Positions 1 through 9,542 of a stretch of DNA of 22,898 nt are shown in pieces. The position numbers and the translations under genes were made by a program. This stretch comes from Deltaproteobacteria bacterium TL4 (lineage in GTDB: Bacteria; SAR324; NAC60-12): positions 1-22,898 of the forward strand of contig JBBCAX010000413.1 in assembly GCA_051382335.1 (NCBI GenBank), in the 5' to 3' direction. The notes under the pieces are model-generated. The model was given only the letters and a program-made list of their open reading frames with translations. It did no database searches and had not been told where the DNA came from. Numbering within the stretch: position 1 is the first letter of the stretch; the number at the start of each line of letters is the position of its first letter.

Positions 1-238
1 GGGTTGATGAACCGGACTCAGTGCTCACGATAGGCACTACCGCTTTAAACTCCAGCACTTGTGATTCATATTTTTCAATTTTCTCTTTGATAGCTTCAGG
101 TAACAGGTTTTTAAAAGTTTTGAACTCCTCAGGATAATTTTGTAATACCTGAATCGTAATATTCATGGCTTTGTTAACCGTTTCTCTGGGTCGGGCAAAA
201 GCCTCCTTGAGTATATTAATAGGCGATTCTTCACTCAT
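1..238 (-). CDS. Hypothetical protein, 5' part only (MSEESPINILKEAFARPRETVNKAMNITIQVLQNYPEEFK...), runs off the window start
   Basis: Translated by hand: ATG at 238 on the minus strand, GGAG Shine-Dalgarno at 245-248, open to position 1. Absent from the ORF track because there is no stop in the window. Confidence 0.7.
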   Translation of the reverse strand, partial: MSEESPINILKEAFARPRETVNKAMNITIQVLQNYPEEFKTFKNLLPEAIKEKIEKYESQVLEFKAVVPIVSTESGSST

Positions 239-449
239 TTTTTTCTCCATAAACCAGAAGTATTATCCACTTCGATTGAATTATTCAAGATCCCAGGTGC
301 TCACTCCAATACTGATAGTCCTCAAATCATTTTCTCTACTATGATGCATGCAATATTGTTTATGAAATGGGAAGTTTATTATATAGATGTTCATTTAAAT
401 AAATTCAGAATGTATATTTCGGACGATTCCTTTAATCGACTCATTATTA

Positions 450-525
450 GGAGTGTCAAAGCTTGCTTTGACCAGAAAAGCCAAAGCTTTTCTTTGAATT
501 TTGCCAAAGCAAGCTTTGGTACTCC
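450..525. repeat. REP/REPIN-like inverted pair, family A
   Basis: GGAGTGTCAAAGCTTGCTTTG (450-470) and CAAAGCAAGCTTTGGTACTCC (505-525) are inverted copies (19/21). Each contains the palindrome CAAAGC-NN-GCTTTG, and a degenerate third copy sits at 482-496. Confidence 0.65.
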
Positions 526-592
526 ACATTGATTCCAATGAAATTATTTAAATGAACGTCTATAGTATAGTGTTTCAGAAAAGTATTTTAGG

Positions 593-646
593 CTGGGAGC
601 GCAGGCATCCCGCCTGCTTTTGCGGGCAAGATGCCTGCGCTCCCAG
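593..646. repeat. REP/REPIN-like GC-rich hairpin, family B
   Basis: CTGGGAGCGCAGGCATC...GATGCCTGCGCTCCCAG is a perfect 17-bp inverted repeat, extended by an imperfect inner stem around a TTTT loop, in AT-rich intergenic DNA. Confidence 0.75.
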
Positions 647-780
647 GAAAGACTTATCTGAAAGTCATATGAGTAATAATCTCATTTTGTCATTCAAATG
701 GAGTTTAAAGCCGGGATCGTACATTATTTCAAAAATTAAACGTCAAAAATGGAAGACGCATCTAAAGCTGGATGAAATAC

Positions 781-2913
781 TCAATCAAAGATCTCTCTAA
801 GGATCGTTGTGAATTCGTGGATAGCAACCGGTTTGGAGAGATACTTTCTAATGCCAAGCTGTTGTGCTCGTTCCTTTGAAAAAGAATAACTGAAGCCTGA
901 AGCTAAAATAATAGGTATATCTTTTCGAATTTGCAGGATCTTTTGACTTAACTGGTCTCCTTTCATTTGCGGCATCGTTAAATCGGTAAAAACCAGATCA
1001 AACTGATCAGGGGCTTTGCTAAATAATTCGAGCGCGGTTTCGCTACTCGTCGTCGTCGTGACTTGATAACCCAGTTTTTTGAGTGCGATTTCATAAAAAT
1101 TTACAATTTGGAATTCATCATCAATGATAAGAATACGCTCTGTTCCGTTTCTAATCTGAATTTTTTCATTCTTCGGTGTTGAGGCCTTTTCTGCGATGGG
1201 AATCAGGATGGTAAAGGAGGTGCCTTGATTTTCCTCACTTTCAACCGTAATGGTTCCTTTATGAGCGGATACAATTCCGTGCACAACAGATAACCCGAGT
1301 CCTGTGCCTTTACCCACTTCCTTGGTCGTAAAAAACGGCTCAAAGATATGTTCTAAAACTTCAGGAGCCATTCCACACCCGGTATCACTGATCCTCAGTT
1401 CTATGAAGGATTTACTGCTTAATTCAAGAGGGAGTGTGGATCTTTTTTGTTGTGATAATTGACAAAGACTGATTTTTAATATTCCCCCAGTCACTTCCAT
1501 CGCATGAAAGGCATTGGTGCATAAATTGATAATAATTTGATGAATTTGTGTGGGATCTGCCATGATTAAAGGAATATTCTCTTCAATTTCTGGTACAATT
1601 TCGATACTCACAGGGAGCGTTGCTCTCAACATTTTAAGCGCCTCCTTGATCACCGGAATGATAGAAACCGCTGCAAATTCACGATCTTCAGAACGACTGA
1701 ACATTAGAATTTGCTTCACTAGTTCCGTGGCCCGGGTTCCTGAATTTTTGACACATTCAAGAAAGTCAACGGCTTCGTGGTCTTTAGGCAGAACTTCCAG
1801 GCTTAAATCGGTGTAGCCCAAAATACTGGTAAGAATGTTATTAAAATCATGAGCAATACCGCCAGCCAAAGTCCCCAGGGCTTCGACCTTTTGCGCTTGA
1901 CGTAATTGTTTTTCAAATTTTTGTTTTTCGGTAATGTCATGGGCGACCGCGACATAATTGCTAATATTTCCGGATTTATCGATTATTGGAGAAATCGTCT
2001 GTTCTATCGTATAAGAGGTTCCATCTTTTTTAATATTTGTCAGCTTTCCTATCCAAACATGACCACTACTGATAGTGTCCCACAATTCCCTATAAACGGA
2101 ATTAGCGTGTTTCCCACTCTTGAAAAGATTTGGCGCATGGCCAAGGATTTCTTCAAGAGCATAACCTGTCAATGGGACCATACTGGGATTGGCATACTGA
2201 ATCATTCCTTGCGCATTGGTGATAAAAATGCTTTCTACCGCAGATTCAATCGCCGTCATCAAAAGCGCCCTTTTCTCAATCTCTTGTTCCAATAGCTGAT
2301 TTTTAAGTTGAAGTTCGTTGGTTCGCTCCAGGACACGCTGTTCTAACTGTGCGTTTATTTTTTCCAGTTGGGTCTTGGCCTCAAGCAGTTCGTTGGCCGT
2401 GACGCGTTGAAGTTGAATTGTTTTTTCTAGCTCATTATTTTTATGCGACACCAAATCATTCAATGCTTTGAGTTCTTTAATATGAATCTGATTCTGCTGA
2501 CGAAGTCGGCGTTTCTCCAAGGCGTTCTCAAGAGCGAAGAGCAAAACTCTCGGGTGTTCCAAAGGCTTCGATAGAAAATCTGAAATTTGATAGCTCTTTA
2601 ATAAGCCAAAACCTTCCGACAAACTTCCGTGCCCTGTTAAAATAATGAACGCGATGTCATCGTCCTTTTTGCGGATTTCCTCAATCAAGGTACGACCGTC
2701 CATACGAGGCATTTTTAAATCAACCACCATCAGATCAAAAGCTCGATTTGCCACAAGGGCCTCATTATATTGGTCCAGGGCGTCTTGACCATCTGTAGCC
2801 GTATCAACGTGATAATAAGCTTTGTTGGTATTCATCACTCTCACAATAGCCTCACGCACAAAAGGCTCATCATCAACCACGAGACAACGATAACCATCCT
2901 TTGGATCCGACAT
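781..2913 (-). CDS. Hybrid sensor histidine kinase (REC-coiled coil-PAS-HisKA-HATPase-REC)
   Basis: N-terminal REC (LVVDDE, VDLKMP, FLSKP), PAS/PAC, H-box [11 protein letters not shown]-box INLCTNA, G-boxes DTGCG and GKGTGLGL, C-terminal REC (IIDDE, TDLTMP, SKP). ATG at 2913 has a GGAG SD; the ORF track starts at TTG 2916. Confidence 0.95.
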   Translation of the reverse strand: MSDPKDGYRCLVVDDEPFVREAIVRVMNTNKAYYHVDTATDGQDALDQYNEALVANRAFDLMVVDLKMPRMDGRTLIEEIRKKDDDIAFIILTGHGSLSEGFGLLKSYQISDFLSKPLEHPRVLLFALENALEKRRLRQQNQIHIKELKALNDLVSHKNNELEKTIQLQRVTANELLEAKTQLEKINAQLEQRVLERTNELQLKNQLLEQEIEKRALLMTAIESAVESIFITNAQGMIQYANPSMVPLTGYALEEILGHAPNLFKSGKHANSVYRELWDTISSGHVWIGKLTNIKKDGTSYTIEQTISPIIDKSGNISNYVAVAHDITEKQKFEKQLRQAQKVEALGTLAGGIAHDFNNILTSILGYTDLSLEVLPKDHEAVDFLECVKNSGTRATELVKQILMFSRSEDREFAAVSIIPVIKEALKMLRATLPVSIEIVPEIEENIPLIMADPTQIHQIIINLCTNAFHAMEVTGGILKISLCQLSQQKRSTLPLELSSKSFIELRISDTGCGMAPEVLEHIFEPFFTTKEVGKGTGLGLSVVHGIVSAHKGTITVESEENQGTSFTILIPIAEKASTPKNEKIQIRNGTERILIIDDEFQIVNFYEIALKKLGYQVTTTTSSETALELFSKAPDQFDLVFTDLTMPQMKGDQLSQKILQIRKDIPIILASGFSYSFSKERAQQLGIRKYLSKPVAIHEFTTILREIFD

Positions 2914-2993
2914 CAATATTTCTCCTTGAGATCTTTTTATATTCTTGCCTGAGAGTCAATACTCGGCCTTAGCTGTTTGCCGATAATCTGTAT

Positions 2994-4304
2994 TTATTTC
3001 CGCAAACCGGAGGCGGTGTAACTATGAATGACAGGTAAAATAACAGAAAAAGTCGCACCTTCACCTTCAGTACTGGCAACTTTTATTTCTCCATGATGTT
3101 CTTGAATAATACCATAGCTAATCGACAATCCCAAACCTGTTCCTTTGCCAACTTCTTTTGTTGTAAAAAAAGGATCAAACAGTTTATCCATGTATTGTTC
3201 AGCAATACCACAACCATTATCCGTAAAATGAATATGCACTTCTTGCACAGCGTTGGCGTTGGGACAGAGTTCCACTTCTATGGTTAGGGTGGCGTTTTTC
3301 CTGCTTTCAAGAGCGTCTCTGGCATTGGTGATGAGATTGATGAACACCTGCTCCAATTGATAAGTATTTCCAAGCACAGAAGTGGGTGAAGGCGAATATT
3401 TTTTAATAACTTCAATATTGTGGAGTCGAAGTTGCTCATTGAGCAAAATCAGGCTGTTTTCAAGCGATTCATACAAATTAACAGGTTGAAGATCAAAGCC
3501 TGTTTGGCGTGCGAAACTTTTCAAATGAGTCATGATTTTCATCATTCGGGTCGTTCCTTCTTCAACCAGTTTTAAGGCCTTGTATGCCGTTGAAACATCC
3601 AATCCGTCAACCTCATTCATTGTTGCCAACTGCGCATGGGTGCGAATATACCCCAAGGGTTGATTCAGTTCATGGGCAATCCCAGTGGCCATTTCACCAA
3701 TGGATACCAATTTTGAGGACTGTATCAGTTGAGCTTGCGTCGCTTTAAGCTGTCGATTGGATTGATTCAGTTTCTCATTACTTTGCTGCAACTCTTCTTT
3801 GGTTTGCAACAATTCTCGATTAGCGGCTTCATATTGCTTGGCTTTGTTAGTCGTTAAACTTAATTTTTCTGTGAGGATTGTAGAAAAGAGACGATACAGG
3901 ACAAATTGAAGAGACTCCGTATTAACAATTTCCTGAAGTCTTCCAACCCCTGTGGTTCGCATACTGAATGTCCGCACAGGGGTATCGGCAATAACGGTTG
4001 CGGAACAGGGTTTGTGACTGATGATACTCATTTCTCCAAAAATATCACCAACACGCTGAAAAGAAATAATTTTTTCCCCTTCGGTGTAAACCGAGACACT
4101 GCCTCTTACCAAGAAGTAAATTTTGGTATTAATTTCTCCTTCTTTCAGAATTTCGGTTCCTTGAAAATAGTTATTAAATTCAGAAATTTGAACCAGATCT
4201 TCTAAAAGAGCTTCAGGAAGATCCCCAAGCAAACGGGATTGTTTTAAGTAATCAAGGACTTCCATATTTTCATTGAATAACTGCTGATCAATTTTTTTAT
4301 TCAT
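2994..4304 (-). CDS. Cytoplasmic histidine kinase with an N-terminal cyclic-nucleotide-binding-like domain
   Basis: cNMP motifs ILKEGE, IYFLVRGSV, GDIFGEMS; coiled coil; [29 protein letters not shown]. Confidence 0.93.
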   Translation of the reverse strand: MNKKIDQQLFNENMEVLDYLKQSRLLGDLPEALLEDLVQISEFNNYFQGTEILKEGEINTKIYFLVRGSVSVYTEGEKIISFQRVGDIFGEMSIISHKPCSATVIADTPVRTFSMRTTGVGRLQEIVNTESLQFVLYRLFSTILTEKLSLTTNKAKQYEAANRELLQTKEELQQSNEKLNQSNRQLKATQAQLIQSSKLVSIGEMATGIAHELNQPLGYIRTHAQLATMNEVDGLDVSTAYKALKLVEEGTTRMMKIMTHLKSFARQTGFDLQPVNLYESLENSLILLNEQLRLHNIEVIKKYSPSPTSVLGNTYQLEQVFINLITNARDALESRKNATLTIEVELCPNANAVQEVHIHFTDNGCGIAEQYMDKLFDPFFTTKEVGKGTGLGLSISYGIIQEHHGEIKVASTEGEGATFSVILPVIHSYTASGLRK

Positions 4305-4463
4305 TTAGGATTTCTGATTTTTCAAAAGAAGTACGGAGTGCGTGTCTCTATAACGCCGATAAACCATGAAGTCTAACCTCTAAAGCATAACTTGAGACTC
4401 ACCGGGGATAGGATCCCATGACAAAATAACGGAAAATAGGCAATCACATTATTTGTCTCGCAG

Positions 4464-5243
4464 TTAAACTCTCGTTTCGGGACCCCGCGCCGGAATGCCT
4501 ATTTGAAATTTGAGCCAGGAATAGAAGGTTTCCATCCCGCTACCCGTTTGTGCAGACACCGGAAAGATGGAAATCTGGGGGTTGATTTTTTTTGCGAAGG
4601 TGATGCATCGGTTCAGGTCAAAGTTGAGATAAGGGAGTAAATCGGTTTTATTGATCAGCAGCACACTGGAACTGAGCAATAAGTCAGGATATTTGATAGG
4701 TTTATCGTCGCCTTCAGGGCAACTGATGATTGAAAGTTTCAGATGCTCCCCAAGATCATAAGCCGTTGGGCAGACCATATTGCCAATATTTTCAATAACT
4801 AAGAGTTGAACTCCTTCCAGGTTGAGTTGGTGTGCGGCTTTATGGATCATTGCGGCATCCAAATGACATCCGGCACCTGTATTGATTTGAACTACGGGAA
4901 TTCCTGTGGCCGCGATACGCTGTGCGTCTTGATCCGTTTGTTGATCGCCCTCAATAACCGCAATCGAAAGTTCGTGTTTCAAATCGTGAATAATCCTTTC
5001 CAAAAGCGTGGTTTTGCCGGACCCTGGCGCACTGAGCCAATTCATACAAAACAGTTTATATTTTTCGAAATGGCGCCGATTATGCTGTGCAAGCTGATTA
5101 TTTTTGTTGAGAATTTGTTCTTTAATAGAAATTTTATGGGATGCGTTGGGCAGCTTTTCAGAGTGTTCTGAAGGTTGGGAACGCCTGACGGTTTTTTCAA
5201 TTTTAAGGGACTCTGTTTCGATACAGCCACAATCTTGACACAT
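4464..5243 (-). CDS. hypB: Hydrogenase nickel incorporation GTPase HypB
   Basis: Likely start MCQDCGC (ATG 5243, GGAG SD at 5251-5254); P-loop PGSGKTT, IEGD, NTGAGCHLDA, ENIGNMVCP, EGDDKPIKYP, NKTD. Confidence 0.93.
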   Translation of the reverse strand: MCQDCGCIETESLKIEKTVRRSQPSEHSEKLPNASHKISIKEQILNKNNQLAQHNRRHFEKYKLFCMNWLSAPGSGKTTLLERIIHDLKHELSIAVIEGDQQTDQDAQRIAATGIPVVQINTGAGCHLDAAMIHKAAHQLNLEGVQLLVIENIGNMVCPTAYDLGEHLKLSIISCPEGDDKPIKYPDLLLSSSVLLINKTDLLPYLNFDLNRCITFAKKINPQISIFPVSAQTGSGMETFYSWLKFQIGIPARGPETRV

Positions 5244-5345
5244 GTTTTGACTCCCGATAAATTGTTGGTACGTTAGGTTCACAGGTTCGTGACTTATAAG
5301 CTTCAACCTGAACCAGAACCCCAAAGGCCTAAAATTTTGGTGATT

Positions 5346-6797
5346 TTATGGCATTTCAGAGGCAGATGTGTCTTTGAGGATGTTCAGCATTTCAATTTTT
5401 TTACGCAGCGTATTCCGATTGATTCCCAATATTTTTGCGGCTCGCTGTTGATTCCAACGTGTGTTTTCAAGCAGGATTTGTAAAAGGGGGCGCTCCACTT
5501 GATCCAGCACTAAGGCCATTAAGGACTCTCCTTCCTGGAGCACATAATCGTTGACAATCGGCCGTAATCGCTGAGCAATGATTTCCTCTAAAGACGTATT
5601 ATCGATAAGGGTTGGAGATTGATCCAGGAGGTTGTGCGGGAGGGCTTCCAACGTAATAAGGTCCGTCACATTCGTGATCATTAGGCTTTTGATGACATTT
5701 TCCAACTCTCTAATGTTTCCAGGCCATGGATAATGGGTCAACGCCTCCAACGCCTCGATGCTTATATTCTTTTTGCAAACCGCTAACTCCTTTTCCCCTT
5801 TTTTAAGAAAATGAGCGACCAAAAGAGGAATATCCTCTTTTCTTTGACGTAAGGGTTGAACGTGGATGGGAAACACATTAAGGCGGTAGAATAAATCTTC
5901 TCGAAATTGCGCTTTCGCAACCATTTCTTCAAGGTTTCTGTGTGTCGCTGCAATCACGCGCATATCCGAGGAGATGAGTTTACTTCCTCCCACCCGTTCA
6001 AAAGCCTTTTCTTGCAGGACTCTCAACAGTTTACTTTGAAGCAACAAAGGCATATCGCCTATTTCGTCCAAAAACAAGGTCCCTAGGTTGGCTTGTTCCA
6101 GTTTTCCTTTTTTTTGTTCAGTGGCTCCGGTATAGGAACCCTTTTCATGGCCAAATAACTCAGATTCTAACAAATCCGTCGGAATCGCCGCGCAATTGAT
6201 AGCGACAAAAGGGCCGTCATGATGCAAGGAATGCTGATGAATGGAACGGGCAATCAGCTCTTTTCCTGTCCCACTTTCGCCTAAAATCAATACGGAAACG
6301 TCTTTAGAGGCAACCCGACCGATCGCTTTAAAAATATTACGCATGGACTTACTTTGTCCAACGAGTAAGTCACTAGGACCTTTCTGTGTCAAAGAGGGAG
6401 TTGAAGGTGCAATTTGATGTCGACTGACCAATCTTTTTGAGGCTTCCTCTACCAGTTCTTCAATTTCATCAATATCGAAAGGTTTGGTGATATAGTCAAA
6501 AGCCCCATTCTTCATGGCTTCGACCGTATTCCGCATGGTACTTTGTCCTGTCATGATGAAGATCAGCAGATTGGGATCTTTTTTCAAGAATTTTTTCATA
6601 CTGGAGAGTCCATCCTCTCCAGGAAGATTGAGATCAATCAGGGCAATTTCAATGGGGTGCTGTTGGAGTAACTCCCATCCTTGTTCCGCAGAATCGGCCA
6701 AGTGCAAAATATATCCCATCCTGGAAAGGGTCTTTTCCAAGACCCAACGGATGCTTTGCTCATCGTCGATGACAAGAAGGTGAGTGGCGGTGGTCAT
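5346..6797 (-). CDS. ntrC: NtrC-like sigma54-dependent response regulator (REC-AAA+-Fis HTH)
   Basis: DDEQSIRWVLEK (NtrC-like), GESGTGKE, ESELFGHEKGSYTGA, LFLDEIGD, FREDLFYRLNV, WPGNIREL, HTH AAKILGINRNTL. The family is secure; exact orthology to ntrC is less so. Confidence 0.85.
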   Translation of the reverse strand: MTTATHLLVIDDEQSIRWVLEKTLSRMGYILHLADSAEQGWELLQQHPIEIALIDLNLPGEDGLSSMKKFLKKDPNLLIFIMTGQSTMRNTVEAMKNGAFDYITKPFDIDEIEELVEEASKRLVSRHQIAPSTPSLTQKGPSDLLVGQSKSMRNIFKAIGRVASKDVSVLILGESGTGKELIARSIHQHSLHHDGPFVAINCAAIPTDLLESELFGHEKGSYTGATEQKKGKLEQANLGTLFLDEIGDMPLLLQSKLLRVLQEKAFERVGGSKLISSDMRVIAATHRNLEEMVAKAQFREDLFYRLNVFPIHVQPLRQRKEDIPLLVAHFLKKGEKELAVCKKNISIEALEALTHYPWPGNIRELENVIKSLMITNVTDLITLEALPHNLLDQSPTLIDNTSLEEIIAQRLRPIVNDYVLQEGESLMALVLDQVERPLLQILLENTRWNQQRAAKILGINRNTLRKKIEMLNILKDTSASEMP

Positions 6798-6800
6798 AGC

Positions 6801-8090
6801 TTAACTTTCTGGACTTCTGACATAACTTTGGAGGGAATCTTTGACCGTTCGAAGCCCTAAGAGAGCGTCGGCTCCATGGACAAAACGTTCGGGTCCAAAT
6901 TCACCTTTTATTTTATCCAATACCCCCATAATATCACGGGACACCGCTGTGCGCGCGGCATTATAGTAAAACACATCTTCGCGAACATCTCGCCATGGTG
7001 ATTGGTCCCCAATATACCGTGTCGCCAAGCTACGATCCTGAGTCACCCGAATCAGGATATCCTCAATCATGATGGCATATTCTGCCCTGGTGATTTCCTG
7101 ATCTGGATAAAACAGCAGTTGAGGACTGGCCGTCAAGCCTCGAACGCCAAGTTTTAAAACTTCTTCGATATCACTCCGTAAGGGATGCTTGGAAATATCC
7201 GTTGCCAAGGGAGCGTCCTTGGGTTGTTCTGAAGGAGGCACAAAAGGTTTATAAGGGGATTCAAACGCATTGTTTTGACCGGAATCCGTATTTCTTTGAT
7301 AAAGGGCTGTCAAGTTCAACTCTTCAATGAGCAGTGCCGCCATATCCGCACGTGTGATACTGGCTTTTAATGCGATTTTGTTCCCATGACGGGTTCCTGG
7401 TTGCGCGCGGATGATTTTATCCAATAACTCCAGTTCCTCATTGGCTTCACGCGTAAAGCCTAGCTGAAGGTCGAGTATCTCTCGGTAGTGCTTTGCGGAT
7501 TTAGCGGTTTCCAGTGCCTGTTTGTAGGCGCGCGCGATATACAAATGAGGTTCGGCTAATAAACTATGCAGAGAGGGTTGCGCTGTAACCAAGTCCATCG
7601 CCTTTTCAAAATGATCCTCCGCTTTACTGAGCCAGTCTTCAGTTTGTAATAGGCTATAAACTTGAATGGCGTAGGTATGCGCCGCTGTCTCTTCCGCAGG
7701 AGACTGAGCCTCATCAAAAGCTTGCGCAAGTAAGGAGGCGGCTTCCTCCCGGTGTTGCTTTCGTTGCTCACCGGATTTGCCCTCTTTTGAGGACTCATGA
7801 GCTTCGACAAGTGCCAAACCCGCCAAGGCTGAGGAATGTTTGGGTTGTAGCTCAAGGGCCAGATTAAATTCTCGCCTCGCTTCACCCCATTCGCCGGCTC
7901 GAATCATGTCCTTACCCCGCAAAGTATGGTGCGAGGGAGAATCCAGAGTGGTCTGCGGCTGACGCAGTTGAGTGTTTTTGCTGCAACCACTACTCACGAC
8001 AAGCATCAGGCACAGGGAAAAAAAAGACACCAGAAATGATTTCAAAGATAAATTTGAACTTTTCTTACGCTTAATCATATTAACCTTCAT
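6801..8090 (-). CDS. Lipoprotein with TPR repeats and C-terminal S-layer homology (SLH)-like repeats
   Basis: Basic N-terminus, hydrophobic stretch and lipobox VSSG-C; TPR-like helices (GEWGEARREFNLALELQP); SLH-type ITRADMA and FYPDQEITRAEYA. Start codon uncertain (8093, 8090 or 8078). Confidence 0.8.
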   Translation of the reverse strand: MKVNMIKRKKSSNLSLKSFLVSFFSLCLMLVVSSGCSKNTQLRQPQTTLDSPSHHTLRGKDMIRAGEWGEARREFNLALELQPKHSSALAGLALVEAHESSKEGKSGEQRKQHREEAASLLAQAFDEAQSPAEETAAHTYAIQVYSLLQTEDWLSKAEDHFEKAMDLVTAQPSLHSLLAEPHLYIARAYKQALETAKSAKHYREILDLQLGFTREANEELELLDKIIRAQPGTRHGNKIALKASITRADMAALLIEELNLTALYQRNTDSGQNNAFESPYKPFVPPSEQPKDAPLATDISKHPLRSDIEEVLKLGVRGLTASPQLLFYPDQEITRAEYAIMIEDILIRVTQDRSLATRYIGDQSPWRDVREDVFYYNAARTAVSRDIMGVLDKIKGEFGPERFVHGADALLGLRTVKDSLQSYVRSPES

Positions 8091-8157
8091 CATTAAGTTT
8101 ATGATCTTTAATTCTTAAGCTCACACACAAAACATCAGGAAACAAGATCACAAATCG

Positions 8158-8185
8158 CCTGCTTCCTTGTAAAAAGGAAAGCAGG
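8158..8185. terminator. Possible terminator or processing hairpin
   Basis: CCTGCTTCCTT-GTAAA-AAGG(A)AAGCAGG stem-loop; no good U-tract on either strand. Confidence 0.3.
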
Positions 8186-8256
8186 AGCAATGCCAAAGCC
8201 TCTCTTCTTTTCTCTTTCTGTCTGATATTCATTGAAAACAGAAAAGCGATCTGATT

Positions 8257-9213
8257 TTATCTGCTGGACAAGAGCTGGATATAACGTTTTTGATCCTGAA
8301 GCAGAACAACGGCTTCATTTTCAAACGCTTCACTGATGATTTGTTTTTGTCTCAAAAACTGAAAAAAATGATGCAGGGACTTCTGCATACTGATCACATC
8401 TTCTTCCGTAGGATTCAAATTCTCAATGCCCCATTCCCCCAAAAATGTATCAAGAAAATCCCGACTCCATTCCTCGGGAGGAATTTGATCATAATCCTCC
8501 AGAAACACTTCAATATCTTCCCGATAGCGCTCCCGTTCGTATGCTGAGAATTCTGAAAGGGACGCATAGTACTCTTCCAGGCAAGCGGTCTCAAGGTAAG
8601 ACGGTTTTTCCTCGGCGACAGGCATTGATTCTTCGTCAATCACCGCTTCCTCAAAGTTTTGAAAGGCTTCAGGATCTTCCTGCAAGTCTTCAAGCATCTC
8701 CACATACTTTATTTCATAAGCAGAAACCGCCTGTTTGATAGAAGACACCGTAAGAGGCGTACCTTCCAGTTTCGCTTTTTCTTTCAAGTATAAGGCAATG
8801 ATTAAGGGGTTCATGAACATGGGAATTTCGGCATTATGTTCCAGTGCGTAAAGTGTGGCTTTTGTCAGTAAATGCTGAGGGGCGTTAGGAGCGCTTTTGG
8901 TCTCGATTGACCTAAGTCGCTGCTGTAACATCTCCAAATAATCCGGTGTAACGAGTTGTGAGATGATCATCGGCTCCGCAAGTTGGGAGTCTAACAATTG
9001 CTGTAGCTGCTGTGGATCAAAGGCGAGAGAGTCCAGTTCCGTATCAAAGGCTAAGGTTGGCAACGAGGATAAAACTTTTTCTAATTCTTTATACGACTGA
9101 GGCTGTTGAGAAGGACGACTGGCAGAACTTCGTCTTTGCAGCGTTTTTTTATGAGTTTTCTGCTGCCTTCTTCTTTCCATGCCGCTTTTTTTTTGCTTTA
9201 CTTTTTTGGCCAT
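8257..9213 (-). CDS. Hypothetical protein with a Lys/Arg-rich N-terminus and an acidic helical C-terminal domain
   Basis: 318-aa ORF with an AAAGGA SD before ATG 9213; no confident family. Confidence 0.85.
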   Translation of the reverse strand: MAKKVKQKKSGMERRRQQKTHKKTLQRRSSASRPSQQPQSYKELEKVLSSLPTLAFDTELDSLAFDPQQLQQLLDSQLAEPMIISQLVTPDYLEMLQQRLRSIETKSAPNAPQHLLTKATLYALEHNAEIPMFMNPLIIALYLKEKAKLEGTPLTVSSIKQAVSAYEIKYVEMLEDLQEDPEAFQNFEEAVIDEESMPVAEEKPSYLETACLEEYYASLSEFSAYERERYREDIEVFLEDYDQIPPEEWSRDFLDTFLGEWGIENLNPTEEDVISMQKSLHHFFQFLRQKQIISEAFENEAVVLLQDQKRYIQLLSSR

Positions 9214-9542
9214 GTGTTCCTTTCATTGGAAAATGACTTAGAAATTTGTTACACTCAAAACAGGGAAGACTTGGATTTCTGCCATCTCTGGTGACTGCTG
9301 TTCGATGGTCTGACCATGTTCTCAAAAGGTTCAGGCTGATGTGACGGTTAGCGCGCTCAACGCCAATGATATTTATGCTTGTGTAACCCGGATATAACCT
9401 GATCCTGCCGTCTTAGCAGTGTTGACATTAAATTTTTGAAATAAACGATGACGACTCAAACTTTTGGGACAGGCTGAGCAGGTATATCATAGCAACAATC
9501 ACGGTTGCAATCCCAAAATACACAGACTTATGTTATTTGCCG

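Noticed and set aside
341..800. ORFs 341-532 and 552-800
   Set aside because: They are translations through REP-like palindromes and AT-rich intergenic DNA with no protein motifs.
5244..5324. N-terminal extension of HypB in the ORF track
   Set aside because: The family start MCxxCGC at 5243 has its own GGAG SD.
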